A stretch of 64,000 nucleotides of DNA from Candidatus Marinacidobacterales bacterium (GTDB lineage Bacteria > Acidobacteriota > Vicinamibacteria > Marinacidobacterales > SMYC01), in NCBI GenBank assembly GCA_965237955.1, contig OZ250169.1, positions 1,120,001 through 1,184,000 of the forward strand, read 5' to 3'. The position numbers and the translations under genes were made by a program. Below are positions 1 to 10,777 of this stretch, piece by piece (the first letter of the stretch is position 1; each line of letters begins with the position of its first letter). The notes below the pieces were generated by a model, which was not told the origin of the DNA, did no database searches, and worked only from the letters and a program-made list of their open reading frames with translations.

Positions 1-1053
1 CGCAGCCTGCGCGAGGAGGATGGCTTCGGCGGGGCTGCCGCCCGAGAGCGACAAGGCGACACCGACGACGATGACCAGGATCCATACGCCGCGAAAGGCG
101 GTGGACCTCATGTCGCGGTCCATGCCGAGCGCACCCGTCGTCGCATAGGCCGCTGCCAGAGGTGCTGTGATCGCACTGGTGAGGCCGGCGGCGAAGAGGC
201 CGAGGCCAAAGAATGTTTTCGCGGCGGAGCCTAGGATGGGCTCGAGTACCCCCGTCACCATGAGTGCGTCGGCCTGTTCGATGCCTCGGCCAAGAAGTGG
301 TGTGGCGGTCACTATGATCGCAAGCGTCACCGCACCTCCGAGGGTCACGGACAAATATGTATCGAGCCGAGCGGCCGGCAGGGCTTCGTCGGCCGGAACC
401 TCCGAGGACCACTTCTCCTGAACGGCGCTCGCGTGCAGAAAGAGGTTGTACGGGACCACGGTGGTTCCGATGAGGGCGATGATGGTGACGAGCGAGCCGG
501 CTGGGATCTGCGGGACCAGCATGCCCTTGAGGAGCTCTCCCGGAGCGGGCCCGACCATGACCGCAGTGAAGAGAAACACGGCACTCATGACCACGACCAG
601 CGCCACCAAGACGCTCTGTATCACGCGATAGGTGCCCGAGCCGAGGAGGACGGTCGCAGCGACCGCGATCACGACCACCCAGGCTCTGGGTGTCCAGCCG
701 AGCGTCAGCTCGAGCCCCAGCGAGGCGCCGAGCAGGTTTCCCGCCTCGTAGGCGGCGTTGCCAACCGTAATGGCGAGCGCCACCAGCCCGAGTGCCGCGT
801 AGCGCAGGAGTGGTCGACGAAAGCTCTGACGGATTGCGTCGCTCAATCCCGAGCGGCGGACGATCCCCAGGCGAGCGGCCATTTCCTGCAGAACGGCAGT
901 AGCGATGACCGAGAAGACGACGGCCCAGAGCAACGCGAAGCCGTAGCGTGCCCCGGCGCGTGAGGAAGTAACGATGGTTCCCGGACCGATGAAGGCTGCG
1001 GTCACGAGAAGGCCGGGACCTAGGCTTCGGAGTGTCCCCGCGAGCTTGCCCAC
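1..1053 (-). CDS. Nramp family divalent metal transporter (3' end runs off the window)
   Basis: Manual translation from GTG at 1053: LGPGLLVTAAFIGPGTIVT...QEMAARLG...GNAAYEAGN...IGTTVVPYNLFLHA...GLFAAGLTSAITAP. Multi-TM Nramp motifs. Absent from the ORF track because it has no stop in the window. Confidence 0.85.
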   Translation of the reverse strand, partial: MGKLAGTLRSLGPGLLVTAAFIGPGTIVTSSRAGARYGFALLWAVVFSVIATAVLQEMAARLGIVRRSGLSDAIRQSFRRPLLRYAALGLVALAITVGNAAYEAGNLLGASLGLELTLGWTPRAWVVVIAVAATVLLGSGTYRVIQSVLVALVVVMSAVFLFTAVMVGPAPGELLKGMLVPQIPAGSLVTIIALIGTTVVPYNLFLHASAVQEKWSSEVPADEALPAARLDTYLSVTLGGAVTLAIIVTATPLLGRGIEQADALMVTGVLEPILGSAAKTFFGLGLFAAGLTSAITAPLAAAYATTGALGMDRDMRSTAFRGVWILVIVVGVALSLSGGSPAEAILLAQAA

Positions 1054-1352
1054 CGGAGCGATATGCTATATCACATGGTTGTGCTCCGCAAAAACAGAAT
1101 TGGCCGTTTCGCGGCGAACGGATGAGGTGATCCGGCGTCATTGTAAACGCGGAAAGGTTCGCTCTTGCGTCTGCTCTCGAATATTGTGCTGTCCCTTCCA
1201 TAAACTTGAGCTGCATGAGATTGGCAAACTGCCTGCAACCAGGACGCTTTGGTCGTCTTCATGTAGGACGCTTTGAGAGCCGGCGTCGGCTCTACTCAGG
1301 GGTAGAGGTGTAAGCTGGTGCGAAGTCCGGCAGCCGTTCCGAGCGGGTCGGC

Positions 1353-1698
1353 TCAAGCAGCGCGTCGAGTGTAATAATGATGGAGACCACCGACCTTTGG
1401 AATGGCTCTCACTTTGCCCATCGCCGGTGACTCTACTTGGCGAGGCTCGGACGCGTCCTTCTCAAGCGACAAATGAGTCCGGCACGAATGATAGTAGTCG
1501 ACGTATTCGCGTAGGATTCGCCTCAGGTGCTGCTCATCAAGGACGATCACGTGGTCGAGACACTCACGTCGAATGGAGCCGATCATCCTTTCGACCAATG
1601 GATTCTGCCACGGGGAGCGCGGTGCGGCAAGGACCTGCTCGATCCCGAGACCGTCGACGCGAGTATCGAAGTACGCTCCGTAGATCTGATCTCGATCC
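1353..1698 (-). pseudogene. Integrase-core (rve, IS481-like) transposase C-terminal remnant
   Basis: DRD..YG...[25 protein letters not shown]...GGLHHYY motifs. The 5' part is replaced by the CGTCCTGTGCC repeat at 1699. Confidence 0.8.
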
Positions 1699-1975
1699 CG
1701 TCCTGTGCCAAAACTCGGCCCTTTTGAAATAGACCACAAATCAGCAGCTTAGACGCCCTTGGAATCCGCGCAGAAGCGAGGGTATTTCGCGCCGCAGGGC
1801 TGTCTTCCGACCTGTGCCTTCTATTTTATTCATCCGCGGGCACCAGCTCGCGACGAGCCTTGAAGGCAGAGATGAGAGCAAGAACAAACGACGAAATCAT
1901 GTAGGTATGGTGCCGGTAGACCGAAGACTAATCAAGTTCGGGGCGCGCGGATGAATAAATAGAAGGCACAGGACG
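1699..1975. mobile_element. MITE-like derivative with CGTCCTGTGCC termini
   Basis: Starts CGTCCTGTGCCAAAACTCGG and ends ...GAAGGCACAGGACG (inverted). An internal CCTGTGCCTTCTATTTTATTCATCCGC end variant at ~1811 recurs at 13441. Confidence 0.7.
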
Positions 1976-2326
1976 CCTCTCGCGCCGGCCGTCGTCCGAA
2001 GCCTAGAGGAGGCCGGTAATCAGCTGCTGACCTTCTACGAATTCCCTCGTGCCATGTGGAAATCGATTCGAACGACCAATGCTCTGGAGAATCTCAACCG
2101 CGAGTTTCGACGCCGGACGAAAACCCAAGCGTCGTTCTCCAGCGAGGAGTCCGCGGTCGCTTTGCTGTTTGGGCTTATCGCCTCTGGCCAGATTCAACTA
2201 CGGCGCATCGACGGCTACCAACGTCTGAGCGAGGTTCTCGAACACACGGAGGTTGCCGCCTGATATGATACTCTGATGACGGAGTGGAGGGCGCCGTTCT
2301 TTTTCCACGGACCTCGGGACACATCC
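1976..2326 (+). pseudogene. IS256 family transposase C-terminal remnant with right end
   Basis: LEEAGNQLLTFYEFPRAMWKSIRTTNALENLNREFRRRTK (IS256 motif), stop at 2263, followed by a TTCCAC...GGACACATCC end-like sequence. Confidence 0.8.
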
Positions 2327-2383
2327 GGTGAAACGGCCGCGGCTCTCGAATGTCGACCGCGAGGTTTGGGTGCTGTTGCGGGT

Positions 2384-2481
2384 TGTGCTCCGAAAAAAGT
2401 CGATCCAGCGTTGATTGCGCGGTCTAGACCGGCCATGATCGCGTGGGCCTTGAGTGCGTTTGTGTTTTTGGACACGACGCG
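2384..2481. repeat. Small MITE-like repeat (CGCGTCGTGTCCAAAAA end family)
   Basis: AAAAAGTCGATCCAGCGTTGATTG recurs at ~10247. The end CGCGTCGTGTCCAAAAA recurs at 10462 and 13236 (inverted here). Confidence 0.55.
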
Positions 2482-2583
2482 TTATGAAATACTGTGCCGT
2501 AGTGTCCTCGAACTCCAGCACACGAAATCAACGCCTTCATTATAGATTAGCCAAACCCTATACGTACTACAATTCCTATTAAC

Positions 2584-3732
2584 ATGATCGTTTCGAGGGT
2601 TGTACTTCAGAACTGGAAGAACTTCCGCAACGTCGACGTATGCTTTGGGGATCGCGGGTTTCTGGTCGGGCCGAACGCGTCGGGAAAATCAAACTTTCTT
2701 GACGTGTTCAGGTTTCTAAGGGATGTTGCGAAGCCTGGCGGCGGCCTGCAGCGTGCCGTGGCCGACCGAGGTGGACTCTCCCGAATCAGAAGTCTTGCCG
2801 CCCGTAAGGTTCCTAACGTCGAAATCCGTGTGGAGCTTTCGAGCGGATGTGACAATGAACCGTCTTGGATCTACGAGATCGGCATCAAACAGGAACCTCG
2901 GGGGCGGCGACAACCGTTTTTGATCTACGAACGGGTTTGGAAAGGTACAGAGCAGATCCTTAATCGCCCGGATGATTCCGACAAAAGGGATGTACTGCGG
3001 CTCACGCAGACTCACGTTGAGCAAATCAATACGAACGAGGTGTTCCGCGAAGTCTCGGAGTTCTTCCAGTCTGTCCTGTACCTCCACATGATTCCACAAT
3101 TGGTGCGCCGTCCGGAGCAGTTCCAACCTTCCAAGGAGTCTGAGGACCCCTACGGCAGACGCTTCCTGGAGCGTATTGCAAAGGCGACGCCGAAGACAAG
3201 AGATGCACGCCTTCGGAAAATCGAGGCAGTCCTCCGTATGGCGGTCCCGCAGCTCACGAACCTAACGCTGACGAAAGATGAACTGGGGATCCCGCATCTT
3301 GAGGTGCTCTACGAACATTGGCGTCCTGGCGCGGGAAAGCAACGAGAGGACCAGTTTTCGGACGGTACTCTACGGCTCCTCGCACTCTTGTGGATTCTGC
3401 TTGAAGGAGACTCTCTCCTTCTGCTCGAAGAGCCCGAACTCTCCCTCCACTCGGAGATTGCGAGAAAGCTACCTCGGCTGATTCACAGAATTCAGGGGCG
3501 TAGAACGCGACAGGTCGTGATTAGCACCCACAGCGCCGACCTGATGGACGATCCCGGCATCGGAGGAGAAGAGACGTTTCTGCTTGTGCCCGAGTCCGAA
3601 GGAACGCGGATAGAACGAGTATCCGATCGATCCGATGTGCAAAAACTTCTGGAGGGTGGAATGACTGCGGGGCAAGCGGTCCTTCCTTTCACGAGGCCTC
3701 CGGGAATGAATCAACTCGGATTGTTCGAATGA
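2584..3732 (+). CDS. ABC-type AAA ATPase (AAA_21 / RecF-OLD-like)
   Basis: Walker A GPNASGKS, signature FSDGT, Walker B LLLLEEPE, H-loop STHS. 382 aa. Confidence 0.9.
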   Translation: MIVSRVVLQNWKNFRNVDVCFGDRGFLVGPNASGKSNFLDVFRFLRDVAKPGGGLQRAVADRGGLSRIRSLAARKVPNVEIRVELSSGCDNEPSWIYEIGIKQEPRGRRQPFLIYERVWKGTEQILNRPDDSDKRDVLRLTQTHVEQINTNEVFREVSEFFQSVLYLHMIPQLVRRPEQFQPSKESEDPYGRRFLERIAKATPKTRDARLRKIEAVLRMAVPQLTNLTLTKDELGIPHLEVLYEHWRPGAGKQREDQFSDGTLRLLALLWILLEGDSLLLLEEPELSLHSEIARKLPRLIHRIQGRRTRQVVISTHSADLMDDPGIGGEETFLLVPESEGTRIERVSDRSDVQKLLEGGMTAGQAVLPFTRPPGMNQLGLFE

Positions 3733-4343
3733 AAGAATCCATTCCGATACACCTCGTGGTAGAAGACGAGTTAAGTGAAGCGGTCTTGCGTGAAATCTTG
3801 CGACAGTCCGAACGCTCATTCGCCGTGGGTGCAGCATACCGAAGAGGTGGTTCTGGATACCTACGCACAAACGTGAAGAGATTCAACCACGGCGCGAAAG
3901 GGACCCCCTTCATTCTGCTCACCGACCTGGACAAAAACGAATGCGCTCCGATGCTGATTCAGGAGTGGTTGACAGATCCCTTGCACCCTAATTTGATATT
4001 TCGTGTGGCTGTGCACGAGGTCGAAGCCTGGATTCTCGCCGATCGTGAAGCCTTCGCACATTTCCTTGGAATATCTCCGCGGGACATCCCTCCCGAAGTG
4101 GATAGCATTCAAGATCCAAAAGAGAAGTTGATATCCCTAGCGCGGACTTCTCCTAAACGGGACCTGAGAAACTCTCTCATACCCAGAAGGGGTAGCACAG
4201 CCCGCGTTGGACGTGATTACAACGGGAGGCTCTCGGAGTTCGTCCGCAGTAGTTGGAGACTGGCAGAGTCCAAACGGCTCTCGCCCAGCCTTCTGCGAAC
4301 GGCGAACGCGGTCGGGACGTTCGAGCCGCATTGGAGGGGCTAA
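3729..4343 (+). CDS. DUF4276-like TOPRIM-fold protein
   Basis: ATGA overlap with the ATPase. VVED and LTDLD acidic motifs, EVEAWILAD, S.SL C-terminal motif. Confidence 0.75.
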   Translation: MKESIPIHLVVEDELSEAVLREILRQSERSFAVGAAYRRGGSGYLRTNVKRFNHGAKGTPFILLTDLDKNECAPMLIQEWLTDPLHPNLIFRVAVHEVEAWILADREAFAHFLGISPRDIPPEVDSIQDPKEKLISLARTSPKRDLRNSLIPRRGSTARVGRDYNGRLSEFVRSSWRLAESKRLSPSLLRTANAVGTFEPHWRG

Positions 4344-4370
4344 ATCGACCTGATCCGGATTGCCTGACCC

Positions 4371-5796
4371 CGTCCTGTGCCAAAACTCGGCTCTTTTGAA
4401 ATAGGCCATAAATCAGCAACTTAGTGTCTGTGTTTGCGACCGGGCCAAGGGCCGTGGGCTTTACAATCGTCTTGGGCGGGCGGGTCGTCACCATGCAGAT
4501 GACCACCTAGTCGAGAGCGAATATCGAAGCATGTTCCTGAAGCTGTTCCACGCTACGCCGGTCGAGCCCGCCGAGGGGCTACCGTCGCCGGCGACCATCT
4601 ACGCGGCACGGCAGTAGTAGTTGAGAATGCCCCCAAGTCGCTCTCGCGACACGATGGGGCCAGCGTCATTCGCGCTTGTCGGCAGAGGTGTGATGAGCTC
4701 GTTGCCGAGACCTTGGTGGTTCCGTTCTGTGTGATAGTGCACCACGTATTCGGTTACCGCTGTGCGCAGGTGTCGCTCACTGAGCGGTACGAAGCGGTCG
4801 AGACACTCTCGACGTATGGAGAGAACGAATCTTTCCGCGTATGCGTTCAGATTCGGACTATTCGCGGGAAGGCGAAGGGGCTTCACGCCTGAATCTCTCA
4901 AGAGCCCACGTACCGCCTCGGTGAATAGTGGGTCCCGGTCGTGGATGAGGTATCGCTTGCCAAGGAGGAACCCATCCCACATGTCAGTGAGGTTTCTTGC
5001 CACCTGCTTCATCCACTCCCCGTTGGGGTCCGACGTTATCCCACCGATGCACACGCAGCGAGTGGCGATATCGATGACAAACAGGACATGGTAGCGGACG
5101 AGCCCGAACGGGTTCACAACCTCGACGGTGAACAGGTCTGTCGCAGCGATGGCGCCCCAATGAGCCTTGATGAAGGTGCTCCACGACATGCTCCTCCCCG
5201 CTCCGGCGCAGGAGCGATACCGTGCTCGGCGAGGATCCTCTTGATAGTGTTGCGTCCGAGTTCATGTCCTAGGTTCTTGAGTGCGCCTTGCAGGCGCGTA
5301 TATCCCCACGTCGGGTTCTCCCGCGCCACGCGTACAATGAGCTCACGGATGTCCTTCGCCGTCGGAGGTCGGCCTGGACTCCGGTTCTTGCTGCCATCGT
5401 ACTTGGCTGCGATGAGGTGGCGGTACCAGCGCAGAAGCGTAGCGGGTGTGGCAACGGACGCAATCTGGGCCAGCGCCTCGCGGCCCAAAGCCTGGGCCTT
5501 GACCGCGAGCCTGCGCCGGTCGTCGTCCGAGAGCCTGAGACGCTTGCCCCGAAGCCCGGCTCGGAGCACACGGTTCTCCTCTTGCTGGTAGTCGATCACA
5601 TCCTGCTGCTGGCGGTTGACCCAGCCAGCTAGAACGAGCAGTAGGAATTGCACGTGGTACGTCATCATGGAGCTGAAGATAACACCCTCGGGACAGACGA
5701 TTGTAAAGCCTACGGCCCTTGGTCCGGTCGCAAACACAGACACTAAGCTGCTGATTTATGGTCTATTTCAAAAGGGCCGAGTTTTGGCACAGGACG
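4371..5796 (-). mobile_element. Long-TIR rve transposable element, copy 1 (frameshifted transposase 4599-5668)
   Basis: ~100-bp inverted termini CGTCCTGTGCCAAAACTCGG...GGCTTTACAATCGT. Near-identical to 11596-13023 but with a 1-bp deletion at ~5195 splitting the ORF. Confidence 0.85.
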
Positions 5797-7170
5797 GGAT
5801 TGCGATGCCGTTCGATTCGGAACGGAAGTCATGGTCTTTGACGAGAGTCGGCTCGCGGTTCCAGGCCTGCCCGCCGTTTTTGAATAATCCCACCAGCTCC
5901 CGTTTCTTCGTGTCTACGCTGATGATGGGATGACCAGCTGCGGCAAAACGCTCGCGCAGTTCGGCGATACACGCGAATTGGGTATCGCGATCTTCGGACG
6001 TGGCACCGCACAGCTTCTTGTGGTTCACCCGCAACGAGAAGCCGAGCTGTTTGAGCAGTCGACCGACGGTTTTGCTGCTGACGTTCACACCGAGGCTTCT
6101 TAGCTCGCAAGCAATCTTGTCGGTGGTCCGCCGCGTCCATTTCACTCCCGTCATCGGATCGCCCGCGGTGTCGTGCTTCATGAGTTCTTCGATCTTGGCG
6201 ATGACTTCTGGCGTTTTTTTTGCACGGCGCGCCGTCCGCCACCCTTTCGCCGAACTCCGTCGAGCTCAACATCTCTCATTAGCAATTCCCTACGACCTCT
6301 GGCTACCGTGCTCGGATCCATCCCGAGCAGTTCGGCAATCTGTTGGTCGCCACCGTGACCGAGCTTCATGGCCTCGACTCCCGCGTAGAGACGGCGCTGC
6401 TTTTCATCGAGCAGGCTGTAGAAAAGAACGATCGCAGCCTTCAACTCCACGGGGAGCACGCGGACTCCCCCGACCCAGCCCAACGTGGAAGGTGACGCCT
6501 CATGTACCTGGCGGGCCGAGAGCTGTTGCTTGCGCGTGCTCACATCGGTGGCCAGATACAGATATCGGCCGAACACCTGCTCGCGCGCCAATCTTTTCTC
6601 TCGGACCAGTTTCAACAGAGGAGCCTTGACGTCAACCTGCACCTCGTCCTCGAGCTCGTCGACGTAGTAGCCTGCCTCACAGGCCGCGACCAACGCTTTT
6701 ACCGTCGCAAGCAACGTCCCGTACTTCGAGAACCACACTGAGCGCAACGACCAAAGACCTTTTCGATCGAACTGGGCGATCTCGTCCAACGTGTAGTAGC
6801 TACCACGGTGGGAGTAGCTTGTCCGATACGCCAACTCATTGAGCTTTCGGAAGACGGTCGAGTCCACATCGGTACCCAACACTGCCTTCAAATCATCGAG
6901 GGTAGCTATTTTGTGCTTCCTCAACAGGCGGTCGAGATCTTCAGACTGATAGCTCGTAGGTCTCATAATAGGAGAAGTGCTCCTTGATAGGCGTAATCCT
7001 CCCTAAAATGAGGACCGTTTGTCAAACACGCGCTGGTTGCTGAAGATCTACAAATGTTCCGTTTCTAGGGAGCTTGCCAGGCTCTCGTGATGCCAGACGA
7101 CATCGCGATCACGATCTGAAACAGGAAGAATGTGCTCAAAACTAGACAGTTATTTTGTCGGCGGCCCTAA
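5797..7170 (-). mobile_element. ISAzo13 family element, 3'-truncated (orfA 6178-6966, A8C slippery site at 6214-6221, orfB cut at 5797)
   Basis: LDEKQRRLYAG, TAGDPMTGVKWT, ISVDTKKRELVG.FKNGG, HDF motifs. Probable end TAGGGCCGCCGACAAAATAA near 7170. Confidence 0.85.
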
Positions 7171-7194
7171 GGGGTATGTTCACCTTGTCAATCG

Positions 7195-7290
7195 GTCTCC
7201 ATTTCTCAGGCTGCCGTCTCCAAGTATACGGTTCGCCATCGCACCCCACCGTCCCCATACTTGGCGGAGCTTTCTCGATAATCATCTCTT
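7195..7290 (+). pseudogene. Short rve-transposase remnant
   Basis: Frameshifted SKYTVRHRTPPS/TWRSFLDNH motif typical of this integrase family. Confidence 0.5.
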
Positions 7291-7387
7291 GAAGTCCTTC
7301 GACTTGATCCTGAAGCTCCTTGCGTTCAGTCTAACTTCCTTGTGGGTGAGCCAGCCTCGGATTGACGTCCGGCGCGCAACACGCAGA

Positions 7388-8272
7388 TCAGCGGGTAGCG
7401 GTCCCTGTTGGGAAGCCGGTCGCCATGTTGGCCATGCGCTGGAGGACGCCCGGCCCAACGTCTTGAATGTTCATGTCCACCAGCGGCTTCAACGTGAAGG
7501 GTCCAGGACTGTCGTCCGGATCTGGTTCGATCGACACGACGGCCTGATAGCCGATCAGCGAAACCGGTGGCATGATGAAGTCCTGCCCTGGGAATGGCGG
7601 CGTGCTTCTCGGACCGGCCGTCGGTCCGGCCGCGTCCGAGTCGGCACCCATCACCTGAGTGAATCGGCCCGTCGACACCGGGCCTTCGGGGCCGACCACC
7701 CAGCCCTCGTAGATCCAGCCCGCCGGCAACGCCGTCAACACCAGCGACGCGCCCGGACCAGCAGCAGGGTCGAGCCACCAGATACCGGACGCGTAGTCAC
7801 GCTTTACAGCGGCAGTGGAGGGTGATTCCAAGATGAAGCTCCCGGACGCGGAAGCGAAGGTGGTGCCCAGCGCTGTAGCGTCCGCCACAGAAAGCGCTGC
7901 ATTGTTTCCAGCGAAGTCACCAGCGAGATACTTCGTCGTCGACGGCGCGGGGTCGGAATCTGGCGACGGCTCGATGGTCAGGATGAACTTCGTCGCAGAC
8001 GAGAGCGTGGCCTCATCAACGGAAAAGTTGCGTTGACTCAAGCTGCCATCGTCACCGACGGTGAACGTGCCCGTCGAGACGGGATTGCCGTTCACCAGGA
8101 TCCAGCCCTCGTAGACGAACCCAGGACCCAGATTCTGGAGTCCGTTGAACGACCACCCGAGACTCTTCTGGCTCGGTCCGGTGGGACTGTCGGTGTCGCC
8201 ACACGCCGCGGTGACCAGCAACGTCGGCATCAACATTGCGCACACCACGTTCCAACTACGTCGTCGAGTCAT
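7388..8272 (-). CDS. Secreted lipoprotein with duplicated YEGW..VSTG.F domain (often auto-annotated as anti-sigma factor)
   Basis: AAGGAGG RBS before ATG 8272, lipobox TAAC, internal two-fold repeat YEGWILVNGNPVSTGTF / YEGWVVGPEGPVSTGRF. Confidence 0.7.
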   Translation of the reverse strand: MTRRRSWNVVCAMLMPTLLVTAACGDTDSPTGPSQKSLGWSFNGLQNLGPGFVYEGWILVNGNPVSTGTFTVGDDGSLSQRNFSVDEATLSSATKFILTIEPSPDSDPAPSTTKYLAGDFAGNNAALSVADATALGTTFASASGSFILESPSTAAVKRDYASGIWWLDPAAGPGASLVLTALPAGWIYEGWVVGPEGPVSTGRFTQVMGADSDAAGPTAGPRSTPPFPGQDFIMPPVSLIGYQAVVSIEPDPDDSPGPFTLKPLVDMNIQDVGPGVLQRMANMATGFPTGTATR

Positions 8273-8305
8273 CGAAACCTCCTTGTTGGGCGACGCCGAC
8301 AACAA

Positions 8306-8438
8306 CTAGTCCCCTGGATCTTTGATTACTATACAAAGTTAGGCTTTTTGCCAGCCCATAAAATTCATAAGATTCATGCACTTAGAAGTGTTTCGGCAAG
8401 CTCTGCTTTATCTAGTTTGTTCTGATACAGGGGACTAG
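8306..8438 (+). mobile_element. 133-bp MITE bounded by CTAG, copy A
   Basis: CTAGTCCCCTG...CAGGGGACTAG inverted ends, AT-rich interior. Inverted second copy at 10645-10777. Confidence 0.85.
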
Positions 8439-8612
8439 CCAGCCTGCTTTGTGGGCGCCGCGCCGGTATAGGCTAGCACAGAACTCGCCGACGTGCGCCC
8501 GCACCTGTCAGGAACCCATATATTCCGATTTGATCCGCGCGTTTTTCAGTTATCGCAGCATTCGCGGGAACTAGCGCCCCGGCGATCACGCGGCGTCAGT
8601 GTTTCGCGATCC

Positions 8613-8746
8613 CGTCCTGTGCCAAAACTCGGCTCTTTTGAAATAGGCTACAAATCAGCAACTTAGTGTCTGTGTTTGCGACATCCCCAAGGGCCGTAGG
8701 CCGGCGCTTGGGGATGTCGTGGCTGTCCGAGTTTTGGCACAGGACG
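8613..8746 (+). mobile_element. 134-bp MITE of the CGTCCTGTGCCAAAACTCGG family
   Basis: 20-bp perfect inverted ends. Near-identical inverted copy at 25094-25228. Confidence 0.85.
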
Positions 8747-8999
8747 GGAGCGCGTGTAGGACGGTATGAGACACTGATGGCCTACAGCGTGAATTCCGGG
8801 TAACAGTTCTTGGCCGAGGATACTACGATGAGAAGAATGGACTTTGAACGGTGGACTCGAACGGTGCCGGCACTGGTTCGAATGGCAACTGTGCTGTGAT
8901 CCCGTGCAGTCCGCAGCCCCGGGCCGCAGGGACAATCGAACGTTGTTCTTCGGAACCAGCGTGACTTGGCGGCGGTATCGGTTCCGAGTGGGGGCGAAG

Positions 9000-9857
9000 G
9001 TGAAACGTCTATCGTTAGTGGCTCTGTTTGTGGGCGTGATCGTTTCAGACGCCTACGGAACAGAATGTGAAGAATTCGTCCCGTTCGCACAACCCGTCAA
9101 GCGCACGGTTGTCGGTCGGCAGAACACCGGAGAGCTTGAGCTCACCGTAATCTGCCACGAGGGACAGGTGGTGGGGTTCAACTCGAACCACAACGTACCG
9201 GACTGGGTTGCGCACCGATTGATGCGCGACGACTTGCTGTCCCCTGCGGTTGAACGGGAGAACGCATTCCGAAGCGACCCGCAAGCGCAGGTCGGCCACC
9301 GTGTCGAGCCGTCAGATTACCGGAGAACCGGGTACGACCGAGAGCATATGGCACCCGCAGGTGCAATGAGGTGGTCAGAAGAGGCCATGAGCGAGAGCTT
9401 CTTTATGACGAACATGGCACCGCAAGTTGGTGCAGGATTCAACCGAGGAATCTGGCGATCGCTAGAGCGCAAGATGCGGCAATGGGCATGCGAGCGCGGA
9501 ACACTCTACGTCGTAACCGGTTCTCTCTATGAAAAGCGTCCCGTCGAACAGCTCGTGTTCGATGGCAACGGCGATGGAGTGGACGACAACGGAATTCTCG
9601 TTGACGTCCCGTCACACTTCTACAAGATTGCTGTTGATCCAACCGCTATGGAAGCCATTGCGTTCATCCTTGAGAACAAAAGAGCGACGACAGCGGATTT
9701 GCCCAAGTTCTTGGTTAGCATTCGTGATGTTGAAGTGCGCAGCGGGTTCGACTTCTTCAGTGGCATCTGGGACGGAGCGGAATACGTGATCGAGAGTCAT
9801 GTGCAGCCAGACCTATGGGAGGATCCAAAGGATGACCGATGCGAGCGCCTCCGGTAA
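9000..9857 (+). CDS. Secreted DNA/RNA non-specific endonuclease (NucA / beta-beta-alpha-Me family)
   Basis: GTG start with signal peptide. YDREHMAP, FFMTNMAPQ..GFNRGIWRSLE, VPSHFYK motifs. Confidence 0.9.
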   Translation: MKRLSLVALFVGVIVSDAYGTECEEFVPFAQPVKRTVVGRQNTGELELTVICHEGQVVGFNSNHNVPDWVAHRLMRDDLLSPAVERENAFRSDPQAQVGHRVEPSDYRRTGYDREHMAPAGAMRWSEEAMSESFFMTNMAPQVGAGFNRGIWRSLERKMRQWACERGTLYVVTGSLYEKRPVEQLVFDGNGDGVDDNGILVDVPSHFYKIAVDPTAMEAIAFILENKRATTADLPKFLVSIRDVEVRSGFDFFSGIWDGAEYVIESHVQPDLWEDPKDDRCERLR

Positions 9858-9867
9858 CGGAAATGCG

Positions 9868-10146
9868 ATGCTGGAAAGGCAAAGGCTTGAGAATGAAGCG
9901 GAGCAGCTTCAAATCGATAAGGCGAAACAAGAGATCGAGACGAAGCGCAGCAAGGTGAGGCGATGCGTCACGTATGCGTCGGTTTATTCTTACCTCGCGT
10001 TGGCTGGAGCTGTGGTCGGGTAGCTAATGTGGGCCGGTCGTTACGAGGTCGCGATCGGGGTCTTGGGCGGAGTTGCCAGTCTCGCAGGCTCGATATCGGG
10101 ATATTGGTTTGGGTCTAGGAGACCAAAGGATTCTGATGGTTCTTAA
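9868..10146 (+). pseudogene. Small 2-TM protein with internal TAG (10021)
   Basis: The frame continues past TAG as LMWAGRYEVAIGVLGGVASLAGSISGYWFGSR to TAA at 10146. Confidence 0.5.
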
Positions 10147-10644
10147 GCGCGCACTAGCGACGTGGCCGATCGCCACCGACAAGTGACGCTGCTGTGGTAG
10201 GCGCGAGGGAGGTGTTCTAATGGGAGAGTTCATTCCCTATACTCCGCAAAAAGTCGATCCAGCGTTGATTGATGCGACGCCGGGGAGCGACAATGCCGGC
10301 TCGCATGCCAAGGCCTCTCACAGAATCGTTGACCGAACCTCGTCTGTCCCCGTCCCACAAGATAGAATAACCAAACTTGGCTGTGCGCCGCTCGCCGAAG
10401 CGGGTGGGGTATGTGCCTGCTAACGCCATATGAAACTAGAGGAACTCCAGCCGAAGGCTACCGCGTCGTGTCCAAAAACACGAACGAACTCACGACCTCG
10501 GGCCTTTGGGAAGGTGCAAACTGCTGACCCGCTGGGCGTTCGAGTATTTGGACCAGACGCGCTTGCGCCTGACCGATGCGAAACGTTCCGGCATGCTGCG
10601 GGCGTTTTGGATGAGAGATGTCTAGGCTTGGTTGGCAATAGGAG

Positions 10645-10777
10645 CTAGTCCCATGTATCAGAACAAACTAGATAAAGCAGAGCTTGCCGAAACCCTTCTA
10701 AGTGCATGAATCTTATGAATATTATGGGCTGGCGAAAAGCCTAACTTTGTATAGTAATCAAAGATCCAGGGGACTAG
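10645..10777 (-). mobile_element. 133-bp CTAG-bounded MITE, copy B (inverted relative to A)
   Basis: Reverse complement of 8306-8438 with a few substitutions. Confidence 0.85.
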
